IMG/VR virus record: IMGVR_UViG_2932480793_000001
Span: 8,493-72,492 of that record
DNA: 64,000 bases
Source: a virus
Taxonomy: Duplodnaviria > Caudoviricetes
Strand: one strand, 5' to 3'
Every line of letters starts with the position of its first letter. The first letter of the stretch is position 1. Made by a program: the position numbers and the translations under genes. The notes below the pieces were generated by a model that had not been told where the DNA came from, did not search any database, and worked only from the letters and a program-made list of their open reading frames with translations. Positions 27,062 to 36,111 of the stretch are shown here, piece after piece.

Positions 27062-27247
27062 CTAGTAGTCGTCGCGGCCTTCGCCGAGCCGCACCTTCAA
27101 CTCCTTGATCTTCCCGCTGGTGCTGAGCTCCGCGTACACGTTCCTGTCCCCCTGCACGTTCCCCTCCCGCGCCTGCTTCACGAACTCTTCGAGCTCGTCG
27201 AACGTCATGTCCTTGCCTTCACCCGTGAAGTTCAAGCTGAGTGCCAT
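27062..27247 (-). CDS. Small hypothetical protein (61 aa)
   Basis: MALSLNFTGEGKDMTFDELEEFV..; high GC3. Confidence 0.6.
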   Translation of the reverse strand: MALSLNFTGEGKDMTFDELEEFVKQAREGNVQGDRNVYAELSTSGKIKELKVRLGEGRDDY

Positions 27248-27297
27248 GCGGTCATATTGGCGGGCCGACGGGAGTTGCGCTGCCGGTTCGACGAAGG

Positions 27298-27822
27298 TCA
27301 CTTCGGCAGCTGGTTCCGGTTGTTGGCGATGACGCCGCGGGTGGTGCTGGTGACGGTGCGCTCGTCGTGGTGGACGTTGCCGTGGAAGTGGTTGGTGACC
27401 GGGGCCGGGGCAGCCTCAGCGGCATCCTTGACGCCCTTCATCAGCCCCTTCAGCGCCAGCACGGGCAGGGTGAGGGCGACGGGCACTCCAACGATCCCGC
27501 CGCAGATCCAGGCGATGACCGTCTCGTTAGCGTGTCCGGAGGTCCAGAGGATGAGGCTGACGGCCCCTCCGGCGGCGGCGGTGAGGATGCTGCTGGTGAG
27601 GATGGTCGTGTTGCGGTCGACAGCCCGCTGGCTCATGGCGGCCCGGCCAGGCTGCTCGACGGGCGGCGCCGTACCGACGACGGGAAGCGGGGTGTCGTCG
27701 CGGTGGTACGTCTTCGCCATCTCCTTAAGGAGGACGGTCTCGACGGCGTCGGCAAGCTTGAGGACTTCGGCACGGTCGGCGGGGTCGGGCTGCCCGGCGA
27801 CGGGCTGCTCGGGCAGCTGCAT
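27298..27822 (-). CDS. Spd-like two-TM membrane protein of Streptomyces conjugative elements
   Basis: PPVEQPGRAAMSQRA, two TM helices, then TNHFHGNVHHDERTVTSTTRG; downstream of traB. Confidence 0.65.
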   Translation of the reverse strand: MQLPEQPVAGQPDPADRAEVLKLADAVETVLLKEMAKTYHRDDTPLPVVGTAPPVEQPGRAAMSQRAVDRNTTILTSSILTAAAGGAVSLILWTSGHANETVIAWICGGIVGVPVALTLPVLALKGLMKGVKDAAEAAPAPVTNHFHGNVHHDERTVTSTTRGVIANNRNQLPK

Positions 27823-27855
27823 GAGAGGGCTCCTAGTTGTTGAGGTGGTCTTCAG

Positions 27856-28041
27856 TTACCGGTCGAGCCGTCGAGTCATGACGACGCCGCCGCCGACGAC
27901 AACGGCGAGATAGACGACGAGTCCGATGAGCATGCGGGCGGTGCTCGGATCGCCAGGTAGTGCGATGAGAGCGAGGGCGACCAAGCCGAGAACGGCGGGG
28001 CCAATGATCGACACGAAGTAGAGGGAGTGGTAGCGCTCCAT
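27856..28041 (-). CDS. Small two-TM membrane protein
   Basis: 61 aa with two hydrophobic helices. Confidence 0.6.
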   Translation of the reverse strand: MERYHSLYFVSIIGPAVLGLVALALIALPGDPSTARMLIGLVVYLAVVVGGGVVMTRRLDR

Positions 28042-28049
28042 GGCGGGTC

Positions 28050-28835
28050 CTAGCTGGTTGAGGCGGCAGCGGGTTTACCCGTGCCGCGGCAGATGGGGCA
28101 GACGGTGGTGATGCGCTCGCCGCCGAACGCGGAGTAGAGGGCGCCTTGGCCGCCGCAGCAGTAGCAGAGCCCCTTCTTTTCGGCGGCGGCTGGGGAGAGT
28201 GGGGTGTTCTGGGCTTCCCATTCGGTGTCGGTCATGGACGTGCTGGTGTCGGTCTTCGTGACCGACACACTTGCGGTGACGGGCTTGGGTTCGGTGGCCG
28301 GCTGGTCGACGGCTTGCCCGTACCAGGCGCCGCCGACGGACTTCCCGCCGTGCTTCTTCTTCTCGTGGTCGCGGAGTGCCTTCGTGGCCTCCTTGGCGTC
28401 CCGGAACTTCGGCTTCTCCTTCTTGCCACAGGGGCAGGTCCAGCCGACGAGCCCGGTGCGCTTGTCGGGGCTGAACCGGGCGGCGAGGGCGACCTTGACC
28501 CGGCTGGCCTTCGCCTTGGTCGGTTTGGCGGGGCAGGGCTTGGATCCGCTGAATGCGCCGGTCTTCTTGTCCTTGGTGAAGATCTGCCCGTTGCCGTGGC
28601 AGGTGGGGCACCCTTCGTGGGTCATGCGGAGGATCGCCGCGTCCTTGCGGGTCATGACGGTGGTCTTGTGGGCGTCCATCTGGGAGGCGGCGATCAGGGC
28701 CATGCGCATGCCGAGCCGGGCGTGAAGCGGCACCGTTTTCGGAACCTTGAGGCCTTTACCGATGCGGGCGCGCGGGACGGGCTTCCGGCGGCGGGCGACC
28801 GGCTTCCGGGTGGCGGTGGTGGTCTTCGCGGGCAT
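28050..28835 (-). CDS. Basic Zn-finger protein (DnaJ-type CxxCxGxG repeats)
   Basis: CPTCHGNG, CYCCGGQG, CPICRGTG and a WTCPCG..H....H motif. Confidence 0.75.
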   Translation of the reverse strand: MPAKTTTATRKPVARRRKPVPRARIGKGLKVPKTVPLHARLGMRMALIAASQMDAHKTTVMTRKDAAILRMTHEGCPTCHGNGQIFTKDKKTGAFSGSKPCPAKPTKAKASRVKVALAARFSPDKRTGLVGWTCPCGKKEKPKFRDAKEATKALRDHEKKKHGGKSVGGAWYGQAVDQPATEPKPVTASVSVTKTDTSTSMTDTEWEAQNTPLSPAAAEKKGLCYCCGGQGALYSAFGGERITTVCPICRGTGKPAAASTS

Positions 28836-28879
28836 GATCGGCGGATCCTTCCGGGTGATCGCTTTGCGATGGTTTGCGA

Positions 28880-29035
28880 GGTGCTCACGGGGTGCTCAGT
28901 GCTGCTCCGTTGCAGGTCAGGGCCGCTCAGTCGGCTGCTCACGGGGTGCTCACGATCTTGTTGAGCAGGTGGTTGAGCAGGATGTTGAGCGGCTCTGACC
29001 TGCGGTTGAGCAGTCGTGAGCACCCCTTGAGCAGG
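28880..29035. repeat. clt-like locus: 6+6 mirror-arranged TGCTCA/TGAGCA repeats
   Basis: Hexamers at 28882, 28893, 28903, 28924, 28936, 28947 and inverted copies at 28962, 28974, 28986, 29007, 29017, 29028; directly after the traB stop. Confidence 0.85.
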
Positions 29036-29042
29036 GGGCAAA

Positions 29043-31061
29043 TCAGGAGATAGCGGTCAACGCTTCGAGCTTGTAGCCGCGCGGATTCTTCATCCCGTCC
29101 AGCGCCCCGAGGGTGACCGCCGACCCCGCCCCGGCGTCACGCAGCAGGCCTTGCAGATCACCGACCTCCAACAGCCCGTAGACCTCCGGGTCATGCCGCT
29201 TGAGGGCGTCGGCGAGGACCTCGCTACGCATCCGGTCGACCTCGGCGTTCGCCATCACCGCGATGGCGTCCGCGACCACCTGACTGCCGGTTACGACCCG
29301 CTCGCTCCCCCCGTCGGCCAGGTGCAGAAGCCCGGCGGCAGCAAGGGTGTCCCGATCGAACCACGGGCGGCCCGCGGCCTTGCGGTCGGCGACGGCCTGC
29401 TTGATCCCGTTGTTGCTGTGCTCGTTCCACCCATACAGCAGCGGGCGGGTGAGGCCGGGGCCCTTGATGTACGACTGGCCGGCGTCGTTCTTGAGCTCCT
29501 TCGTCTGGGCCGGGACGAGCCGGTCGGGGCGGAACCCTTCGGCGATCGCGCCGCGCCCCAGGACGAGGGGGATGTCGTCCCAGCGGGCGGCGAGCATGAT
29601 GCTCAACGTGAACGTGTCGGCGATGGCGTCGCCCATGGCGTCGGAAGTGGCGTCCTGCCCGGCGGCGATGGGGTAGATCCCGGACTGCTTACCGAGGCGG
29701 ATCAGCTCGATGAAGGACTCCTTGGCCTTGGGGCTGAGGTAGATGAACTCGTCGGCGAACACGAAGATCGCGGGACGTTCGCGGGTGGCGATCCAGGTGT
29801 CGCCCATGTTCAGCCGGTTCCGCACCGTCTGGCGGGCGCGGGCCATCTTGACGAGGTTGTCGAGCCACTTCTCGCAGTCCTTGTTGCCGCGGATCGGAGG
29901 AGCGGCCATGACCCCTTCGAACTCGCGAAGCCCGTCCTTGACCGGGTCCATCTCGATGGCGATGGCGTTGTGGCAGGCGGTGATGACCTCGGCGAGGTCA
30001 CGGAGGACACCGGTAGTCTTCGCCGCCCCGGACACTCCGATCGCGAGAATGCGGAGGCCTTCGAGGACGAGGGTGAGGGGGCTGCCGTCCATGCACCGGC
30101 CGAACGTGTGGGGGTCGGAGATGTCCAGGGAGTTCGGGGCGTGGGGGGTGGGCTTGGGCATGTTGTCGAACGGGTTGGCCTGCACGAGTCGCAGCACGAG
30201 GTGCGCGGATTCTTGCGGGTCGGGGTCGATGAGGGTGCCGCCCTGCTTGATGTTGAAGTGGGCGTCGAGTTCTTTGACCGAGGCGTTGACCTTGCCGACG
30301 GTGGACCCCTTGAGGACGACGTCGACTTCCCAGCCCCACGCCTGGTGGCTGATGACGCGGACGGTGCGGGTGCCGATATTCTCGGCGGCCAGGGCGCGGG
30401 ACACGCACTCTTCGACGCGTTCACCGTCCACGCAGTAGGACAGGGGGAAGGGCTCGTCGCTGTTCGGGTCGTCGTACTCGGCGACAACGTCGTCGGTGCC
30501 GATCGCGGGCGCGTTGAGCCGGTACCGGCCGTAGAGGGCGGTGGCGGTGGCCGCTATGGCCGCAGTGATGGCTGGGGGGATCATCCACGAGTAGTCGAGG
30601 GCGGTCATGCCTGCGCCGGCGACGAGGGCGATCCATCCGGCGACGTTGAGGGCGGCGGTGACGCCGGCTGCGTAGCCGAGGAACCGCCACCGGGACCGGC
30701 GGACTTGCTGGACCTTATTCCAGTCGGCGGACTTGTTCATCCCGCCGAGGACTTCCTGAAGGTCCCGGGCACGAACGTACCGGTAGCCGAGGTACGTCCC
30801 GGCTTTGAGCCCGGCCCAGAACCACCCGCCGGCGACGAGGGATCCGTAGGCGGTGAGGCCGACGGCCCGCCCGGTGACGGAGGCGACAACCATGGCCGCC
30901 GACCCGGCCTTCGACAGGACCGGGGTGCGGTCCGGGAACGGGATCAGAACCCCGGGGGCGATGTCGTCGACGGTGCCGTCAGCGTTGTGGATGAGCTGCC
31001 CGGGGATGACGTGCTCGGTCCACTCGGCGGGGACGGTCAGCGGCTCGGCTTCGGTGCTCAC
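29043..31061 (-). CDS. traB: TraB-like FtsK/SpoIIIE conjugative DNA translocase
   Basis: N-terminal TM helices; Walker A variant GVSGAAKT; Walker B IFVFADE; RLGKQSG; C-terminal winged-helix-like tail (RMRSEVLADAL..YG..NPRGY). Confidence 0.85.
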   Translation of the reverse strand: MSTEAEPLTVPAEWTEHVIPGQLIHNADGTVDDIAPGVLIPFPDRTPVLSKAGSAAMVVASVTGRAVGLTAYGSLVAGGWFWAGLKAGTYLGYRYVRARDLQEVLGGMNKSADWNKVQQVRRSRWRFLGYAAGVTAALNVAGWIALVAGAGMTALDYSWMIPPAITAAIAATATALYGRYRLNAPAIGTDDVVAEYDDPNSDEPFPLSYCVDGERVEECVSRALAAENIGTRTVRVISHQAWGWEVDVVLKGSTVGKVNASVKELDAHFNIKQGGTLIDPDPQESAHLVLRLVQANPFDNMPKPTPHAPNSLDISDPHTFGRCMDGSPLTLVLEGLRILAIGVSGAAKTTGVLRDLAEVITACHNAIAIEMDPVKDGLREFEGVMAAPPIRGNKDCEKWLDNLVKMARARQTVRNRLNMGDTWIATRERPAIFVFADEFIYLSPKAKESFIELIRLGKQSGIYPIAAGQDATSDAMGDAIADTFTLSIMLAARWDDIPLVLGRGAIAEGFRPDRLVPAQTKELKNDAGQSYIKGPGLTRPLLYGWNEHSNNGIKQAVADRKAAGRPWFDRDTLAAAGLLHLADGGSERVVTGSQVVADAIAVMANAEVDRMRSEVLADALKRHDPEVYGLLEVGDLQGLLRDAGAGSAVTLGALDGMKNPRGYKLEALTAIS

Positions 31062-32356
31062 TTCTGCTCCTCGGTGGAGGTCCGTTCGATGCGTGCCTGG
31101 TTGCGTGCGAGGGGGCTGGGGGGCGGTGCGTCACCGGCCCGGCGGCGGGGCGGCACTCCCCCGTTTCCGCGGCGCCCGTCGGGGGTGTTCGGGTCCTTCT
31201 TCGGCTTGGGGGGTCGATGGGAATTGATCAGCGAAAACTCTCCGAAAACCGGGGTCTTCGTAGCGGCCTGCATCCGGGCCTCTGCACCGCGTGACTGCGC
31301 CTCGATTTCGGGGGTGATCCCGACGGTCTTCGAGCCGGTGACACGACCCCACGCCTCGGTCCAGATCTGCTCGGTGACGTACTGCGAGCCGCGTGCCGAG
31401 CGGATCGCTTCGGCGACCTCCCACACCTTCGGGTGGCCGCTCTTCCGGTCGGCGTCGCGCCTCTTCTGCTCTTCCTTCGCGCGGGACTCGGCGAGCTGCC
31501 GGTCGGCCTCTGCCGCGTGCTCCGCGTCGCGCTGTGCCTGCTGCTCCTTCTTGAGCGCGGCGGCGGCTTCGGACTGGGCCCGCGCAACGGCGCGGCGTTC
31601 CCGCCAGGAGGGGATGCCGTCGGCCTTCTGCGCCATGCCGTGCTCGTAGGCCATGAGGACGAGCGGCCCGCCGAGGGATGCGATGGCACCGATGAGGCCG
31701 GCGTTCAGGCCGATGCGTTCGTCGGAGATCCCGCCGTGGAGGTTGACGACCGCGGCGATGACCGCGCCGACCATGATCCCGATGCGGTAGGGGGCGACGT
31801 CTCGCCGGTTGGCGACCGCCCATGCGGCACCGAACGCGAGGACGAGGGCAAAGCCTTCGAGGAGGGCGGGAGCGGCGACGAGGAAGGGGTGCTCGGGATC
31901 CCAGAAGTGCATGAACTGAACCGGCCCAGCAATGATCATTCCGATGGCGTAGATGGCGCGGGCGCCCCACTTCCACCAGAGCTCGGATCGCACCTGCTCC
32001 GCCTCCCGCTTGGCCTCTGCAGCCTCACGGTCGGCTTCGGCCCTCTCCGCCTTCTCCTTCTCGGCGTTCGCCTTGGCGGTTTCGGCAGCCTTCTTGGCGA
32101 CGTAGTTGTCGTGGTCGACCTGCTTGCGTTCCTGGGTCAGCCGGGCGCGCTCGTTCGCGATGCGGAGCTTCTCGGCCTCCTCGGCGGCAAGGGTGCGGGC
32201 CGCGTCGGCTTCACCCTTGGCCTTGACGCGCAGGGCTTCGGCTTGGGCTTCGGCCCTGATGCGAACGGCGTCCGCCTCGGCGAGCGCAACCGGGTCGAAC
32301 CGGGGCTCGGAGGTGGGCCGCTTGTGGCCGTTCACCTGGGGCGGGCTGGTCGTCAC
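31058..32356 (-). CDS. SpdA/DUF2637-like membrane protein with coiled coils
   Basis: Four TM helices flanked by coiled coils; coupled to traB. Confidence 0.65.
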   Translation of the reverse strand: MTTSPPQVNGHKRPTSEPRFDPVALAEADAVRIRAEAQAEALRVKAKGEADAARTLAAEEAEKLRIANERARLTQERKQVDHDNYVAKKAAETAKANAEKEKAERAEADREAAEAKREAEQVRSELWWKWGARAIYAIGMIIAGPVQFMHFWDPEHPFLVAAPALLEGFALVLAFGAAWAVANRRDVAPYRIGIMVGAVIAAVVNLHGGISDERIGLNAGLIGAIASLGGPLVLMAYEHGMAQKADGIPSWRERRAVARAQSEAAAALKKEQQAQRDAEHAAEADRQLAESRAKEEQKRRDADRKSGHPKVWEVAEAIRSARGSQYVTEQIWTEAWGRVTGSKTVGITPEIEAQSRGAEARMQAATKTPVFGEFSLINSHRPPKPKKDPNTPDGRRGNGGVPPRRRAGDAPPPSPLARNQARIERTSTEEQK

Positions 32357-32377
32357 GGCGGTCGGTGTCCTTTCGGG

Positions 32378-32779
32378 TCAGGCGTTGCGGGTGGGGGTGA
32401 TGCCCTTGAGCCACGTCTCGACGTCGGCGGCAAACCCGCCGCCATCCGCCGGCTCGTCCGGCTCGGTGTCGTCGTCTTCGTCGTCGGGGCCGTCGCCGCA
32501 GCACTGGCACTCCAGGTCCGACCAGAGCCGGCCCGACTGCCACAGCCCGTGCGCGAGGGCTCCGATCACGTCGAGCACCCAGGACGGCCCGGCCACGAGT
32601 ACCGCGGCGGCGAACAGATGGTGGCCGCCAGGGATCACAGTCGATACGGCAGCTGCGGCGGCGATAAAGCCGGCGCTCGTCCACCGGTGGTGCCCCCGGT
32701 TCAGGAGCACCATCCGCGGATGAGAGACGATGTCTCGCCCCAGGCAGATGAGGTCGGCGACGGGGCGAGGCAGGTTCAC
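32378..32779 (-). CDS. Hypothetical membrane protein
   Basis: GTG start overlaps the upstream stop; hydrophobic core, CQCC, acidic tail. Confidence 0.65.
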   Translation of the reverse strand: MNLPRPVADLICLGRDIVSHPRMVLLNRGHHRWTSAGFIAAAAAVSTVIPGGHHLFAAAVLVAGPSWVLDVIGALAHGLWQSGRLWSDLECQCCGDGPDDEDDDTEPDEPADGGGFAADVETWLKGITPTRNA

Positions 32780-33084
32780 GAGGGGCTCCCAGCAGTAGCG
32801 TGTTGGCGGGCGCGGTGGAACTCGCGGACGAACTCGTCGGTGATACCGGCCCCGACGAACCCGCTGACCGGGGGCCGGCCCAAGCGTTGGGCGGCCCACA
32901 GTTCGAGGAAAATCAGGCGGGTGGCCAGGTAGTTGACGACCGGACGGACGCAGCGGACGGTCAGGACCACCGCGCCCAGCACGGCCATCACCAGCAGGGC
33001 CAGGAGTCGGAGAGTCCACACCCGCACCCAGGAGGTTGCGCGCCGGAACCAGCCGGGCTTCGCGGTGATCAGGTACGGATGCAC
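32776..33084 (-). CDS. Hypothetical membrane protein
   Basis: RBS AGGAGG; one TM helix. Confidence 0.7.
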   Translation of the reverse strand: MHPYLITAKPGWFRRATSWVRVWTLRLLALLVMAVLGAVVLTVRCVRPVVNYLATRLIFLELWAAQRLGRPPVSGFVGAGITDEFVREFHRARQHATAGSPS

Positions 33085-33093
33085 ACGAACCTC

Positions 33094-33294
33094 CTATCGC
33101 CTGGTGCCGCCGTGCCACCAGGACACCCGCGCTGCGGCGTCGTTCGCGGCGGCATTCAGCCGCTGGTAGTCGGGGGTCTCGTCGAAGATTCCGGCCCGGC
33201 TCTCCCAGTCGGTGTTGTCGTTGAGGGCCTGATCGGCGGCCTTCATGTCGGCAATGGCCTGCTTCTCTTCGACGGACTTACGGAACAGCCCCAT
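33094..33294 (-). CDS. Small hypothetical protein (66 aa)
   Basis: MGLFRKSVEEK..; RBS GAGGAGG. Confidence 0.7.
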   Translation of the reverse strand: MGLFRKSVEEKQAIADMKAADQALNDNTDWESRAGIFDETPDYQRLNAAANDAAARVSWWHGGTRR

Positions 33295-33388
33295 GCGGGC
33301 CTCCTCGGTTGGGTGTTGGGTCCGGGTGGCTCCCGGGCCACTCCGCCGCCACCAACACGGGGTTGGGGGCGACAGGGCAGGCCGGGGG

Positions 33389-33691
33389 TCAGGCGGCAGC
33401 CGGCGTCGACAGGCCGTCCAACTCGTCGAGCTCATCCAGCAGCCGCGGGCCGAACGGCTGTCCCGCGTCGTGCTCGGCCGCCAGGGTCCGCAGCCAGTGC
33501 TGGGTGCCGTAGTCACTGCGGGCCGCCACATACCGGGTGACGATCTCCCCCGGCGACAGGCCCTCCGCCTCCTCCCACGTCACCTGCACGTCGGAGGTGA
33601 GGAGCGCCGCCCGCAGGTTGTGGATCTCGGCGGACACGGTGGCGAGGTCGCCGGAGAACAGGTCGGTCACGGTGGAAACGAACGGAGACAT
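33389..33691 (-). CDS. Hypothetical protein
   Basis: 100 aa; RBS GAAGGG. Confidence 0.65.
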   Translation of the reverse strand: MSPFVSTVTDLFSGDLATVSAEIHNLRAALLTSDVQVTWEEAEGLSPGEIVTRYVAARSDYGTQHWLRTLAAEHDAGQPFGPRLLDELDELDGLSTPAAA

Positions 33692-33878
33692 GGAGGTGCC
33701 CTTCGGTTGGGTGGTGGGGTGAAAGAAGAGGTGGGGGTGGGAAGCCGCTCCCGCCCGGGACGGGGGTCGGACACCGGGCAGGAGCGGCGGACTAGGGGGT
33801 GCTACTTGCCGCTGTTGTTGCGGCTGCGCCGGTTGGCATCGGCGACCTTGCGGGAGAGCGCCTCGCGCTCAGCCTCAG

Positions 33879-34079
33879 TCACGGCCGCCAGCCCTCAGAG
33901 GGCTGAACAGCATGGGCGGCGGCCGTCTCGAACGCCGCCCGGGCGGACTCCTGGTACAGGTGGAGCGAGCCGGCCGACGGGTGGTCGGGAGTGGTCGTAA
34001 TTTCCTGGGCGCGGGCTGCGAGACCCTCGGCCCGGTGCTGCTCGTCGAACGCGAACGCCGGAGCCAGCACGATCACCAC
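33879..34079 (-). CDS. Small hypothetical protein
   Basis: Part of a coupled chain of small ORFs (34073-34240, 33879-34079, 33802-33882). Confidence 0.5.
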   Translation of the reverse strand: MVIVLAPAFAFDEQHRAEGLAARAQEITTTPDHPSAGSLHLYQESARAAFETAAAHAVQPSEGWRP

Positions 34080-34242
34080 CCCCGCTGCGCAATGAACCGG
34101 CGGCGAGCAGCCGGTTCCGCGGGCGGAGTCGGAGAGTCCTGGGAGACCTGGGCCGGGCGGCGGACGTGGGACGCTGCTCGGTGCGCAGCCTCATCCGCCG
34201 GAGAGAGCTCGTTCGGTGCGGTGGGGGTCAGAGCCTTCATGG

Positions 34243-34473
34243 TCAAGCCACCTCCGTGGGGGCAACGAGGGAGTCGTCGAAGTACGCCGTCACGGCGGCC
34301 TCCGGGATGCGGATTGCTCCCCCACGCCTGACGTCTCCGTCCGGACGGGGCTTCCCGTATCGGACGGCGGGCAGGTCCCCGCTTGCGATCCAGCGGTAGA
34401 TCGTCGGCTTGGAGACGCGCAGCACTGCTGCGGCCTCTTGCACGGTCAGCAGTTTCGGGCTGGCAGGCAGCAT
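34243..34473 (-). CDS. Excisionase-like (MerR/HTH_17) DNA-binding protein
   Basis: LLTVQEAAAVLRVSKPTIYRWIASGDLPAVR..IRIP; first gene of the transfer operon. Confidence 0.88.
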   Translation of the reverse strand: MLPASPKLLTVQEAAAVLRVSKPTIYRWIASGDLPAVRYGKPRPDGDVRRGGAIRIPEAAVTAYFDDSLVAPTEVA

Positions 34474-34513
34474 TCGGCGCTCCAATCCAGGAGTAGGGGG
34501 TGGTCGGGCTTGC

Positions 34514-34548
34514 TTCTCAACTGTAGGTGGAGTCTTGAGAGGTCGCAA
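34514..34548 (-). promoter_or_regulatory. Promoter/operator of the transfer operon
   Basis: Minus strand TTGCGA-17 bp-TACAGT; overlapped by a TCTCAA..TTGAGA inverted repeat. Confidence 0.65.
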
Positions 34549-34662
34549 GCTTCTCGCCCGCCCGGAGCGGTCTCATCTGCCCACGGCCCTGCACTGAGCT
34601 GGGCTTATGGTGGATAAATTGATAGATCCCTCAAGAGGTGTCTTGAACTGGAGGAGTCGCGA

Positions 34663-35196
34663 GTGACTGAAGGGCAGTGGAGCGGTTCGTCAACGCCCTA
34701 CCTGGGCGCTGATCAGGGAGACGTCTGGGGGAAGGAGGCCGCCGCGAAGGGCAAGCTGGGCACCCAGCGACTCCTCGGCGTGGGGCGTCAGATCCCAAAC
34801 GGCGACATTGCTCGGCACTTGCAAGTCCAGGCTGGCGGGGAAGTCGTCGAGCGGCAGCGGCTGATCCTGCTGGACGAGGAACCAGTCGAGATCGCGACGT
34901 CCTACTGGCCTGTCATCCTCGCGGGCGACACGCCGCTAGCTCGCCCCGCCAAGATCCGGGGCGGCGCGGTCTCGCTCCTGGCATCCCTCGGGTACACGCC
35001 AGGCAGCATCGACGAAGAGATCGCAACGAGGCCCCCCACTGGCAGCGAAGCTGAAGCCCTCGGGCTCACCGCAGGGGAATGGGTACTCATCCTCACCCGC
35101 ATCATCCGTGCCGCTACCGGGGAGCCCTACGAGGTCTCAGTCATGGTCAGCCCCGGCCGCATTGGGCGGCTCCACTACTCGATGAAGGTTGGCTGA
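34663..35196 (+). CDS. Stand-alone UTRA domain protein (no HTH)
   Basis: VVERQRLILLDEEPVEIATSYWP, EEIATRPPT and GEPYEVS motifs; RBS GGAGGAG. Confidence 0.85.
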   Translation: MTEGQWSGSSTPYLGADQGDVWGKEAAAKGKLGTQRLLGVGRQIPNGDIARHLQVQAGGEVVERQRLILLDEEPVEIATSYWPVILAGDTPLARPAKIRGGAVSLLASLGYTPGSIDEEIATRPPTGSEAEALGLTAGEWVLILTRIIRAATGEPYEVSVMVSPGRIGRLHYSMKVG

Positions 35197-35197
35197 C

Positions 35198-35971
35198 ATG
35201 ACGAAAGAACTCGACGAAGAGAGCGTCTGGCCCGTCCAGGACCAGATCGCCTCCTACCTACGCGAGAGAATCCTCGACGGCGACATCGAACCGGACGGCA
35301 GAGTGCCATCGAGCCGCCAGCTGTACGAGCTGTTCGGCGCGGCAGCCCAGACCATCAAGAACGCCGTGGCGATCCTGGAGAAGGAAGGGCTCGTCTATAC
35401 GAAGCGCGGCTCTGGGGTCTACGCCAGGCAGCACCGCCAGCGCACGATGACGCCGGCCGAGTTCAAGAATCCGCCGACGGACGGCGGCAAGTACCAGTGG
35501 ATCAGCGCCGCCGAACGCAAAGGCATGTCGGCACGGTCAGAGCTCTTGGACGTCGAGGAGGTGGAGCCCCCCGCCCTGGTGCGTAATGCACTAAACCTCG
35601 GCGACGGCGAGAAGGCGATCTTGCGGCGCCAAGTCCTTCACCTGACAGAGGGAGGACGCGACGAGCCATGCGAACTGGTTGAGGTCTACATCCCTCTGAC
35701 GTTGGCCGAGGGGACGCCGATCGCTGAAGCACGCAAGATCAAGGGGGGTACTGGCCGAGTCCTCCTGGAGGCCGGACTCCCGCCTCTTCGGTGCGTTGAC
35801 AAGGTGGCGGCGCGCTGGCCAACACCTCGTCAGGCGAGGGCGCTTCGGATGCCCACGAAGCTGCCCGTACTGCGTCAGTTCCGGGTGACGTACAGCGTGA
35901 ACGACCGCCCCATCCAGGCCGAGTTCATGGTCAAGGCAGGCCACCTCTATGAGCTGGAGTACGACTTCTAG
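35198..35971 (+). CDS. GntR/HutC-family repressor (KorSA/KorA/TraR-like)
   Basis: QIASYLRERILDG..VPSSRQL..GLVYTKRGSGVY wHTH plus UTRA; divergent from the tra operon. Confidence 0.9.
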   Translation: MTKELDEESVWPVQDQIASYLRERILDGDIEPDGRVPSSRQLYELFGAAAQTIKNAVAILEKEGLVYTKRGSGVYARQHRQRTMTPAEFKNPPTDGGKYQWISAAERKGMSARSELLDVEEVEPPALVRNALNLGDGEKAILRRQVLHLTEGGRDEPCELVEVYIPLTLAEGTPIAEARKIKGGTGRVLLEAGLPPLRCVDKVAARWPTPRQARALRMPTKLPVLRQFRVTYSVNDRPIQAEFMVKAGHLYELEYDF

Positions 35972-35983
35972 ACCGGCATCCCG

Positions 35984-36019
35984 ACGGGAGCCCCGGCGTG
36001 CATTCGCCGGGGCTCCCGT
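35984..36019 (+). terminator. Stem-loop terminator
   Basis: ACGGGAGCCCCGGCG..CGCCGGGGCTCCCGT. Confidence 0.75.
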
Positions 36020-36041
36020 GCGTCCGAGACAAACGAGAGGA

Positions 36042-36070
36042 TTGCAACTTCTCAACGACCCTCCTACAGT
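36042..36070 (+). promoter_or_regulatory. Promoter resembling the tra operon promoter
   Basis: TTGCAA-17 bp-TACAGT with TCTCAA in the spacer. Confidence 0.6.
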
Positions 36071-36111
36071 TGCTCTCGTGAGTTGCCCCCGCACACTTAG
36101 TTAGGAGCGGC

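Noticed and set aside
27856-28041. Holin or lysis cassette
   Set aside because: Small two-TM protein, but it lies in the transfer operon with no endolysin nearby; lysis genes are expected left of the window
28880-29035. Possible CRISPR or mini-array
   Set aside because: Units are 6-8 bp with 10-12 bp period and mirror symmetry; no unique spacers and no cas genes
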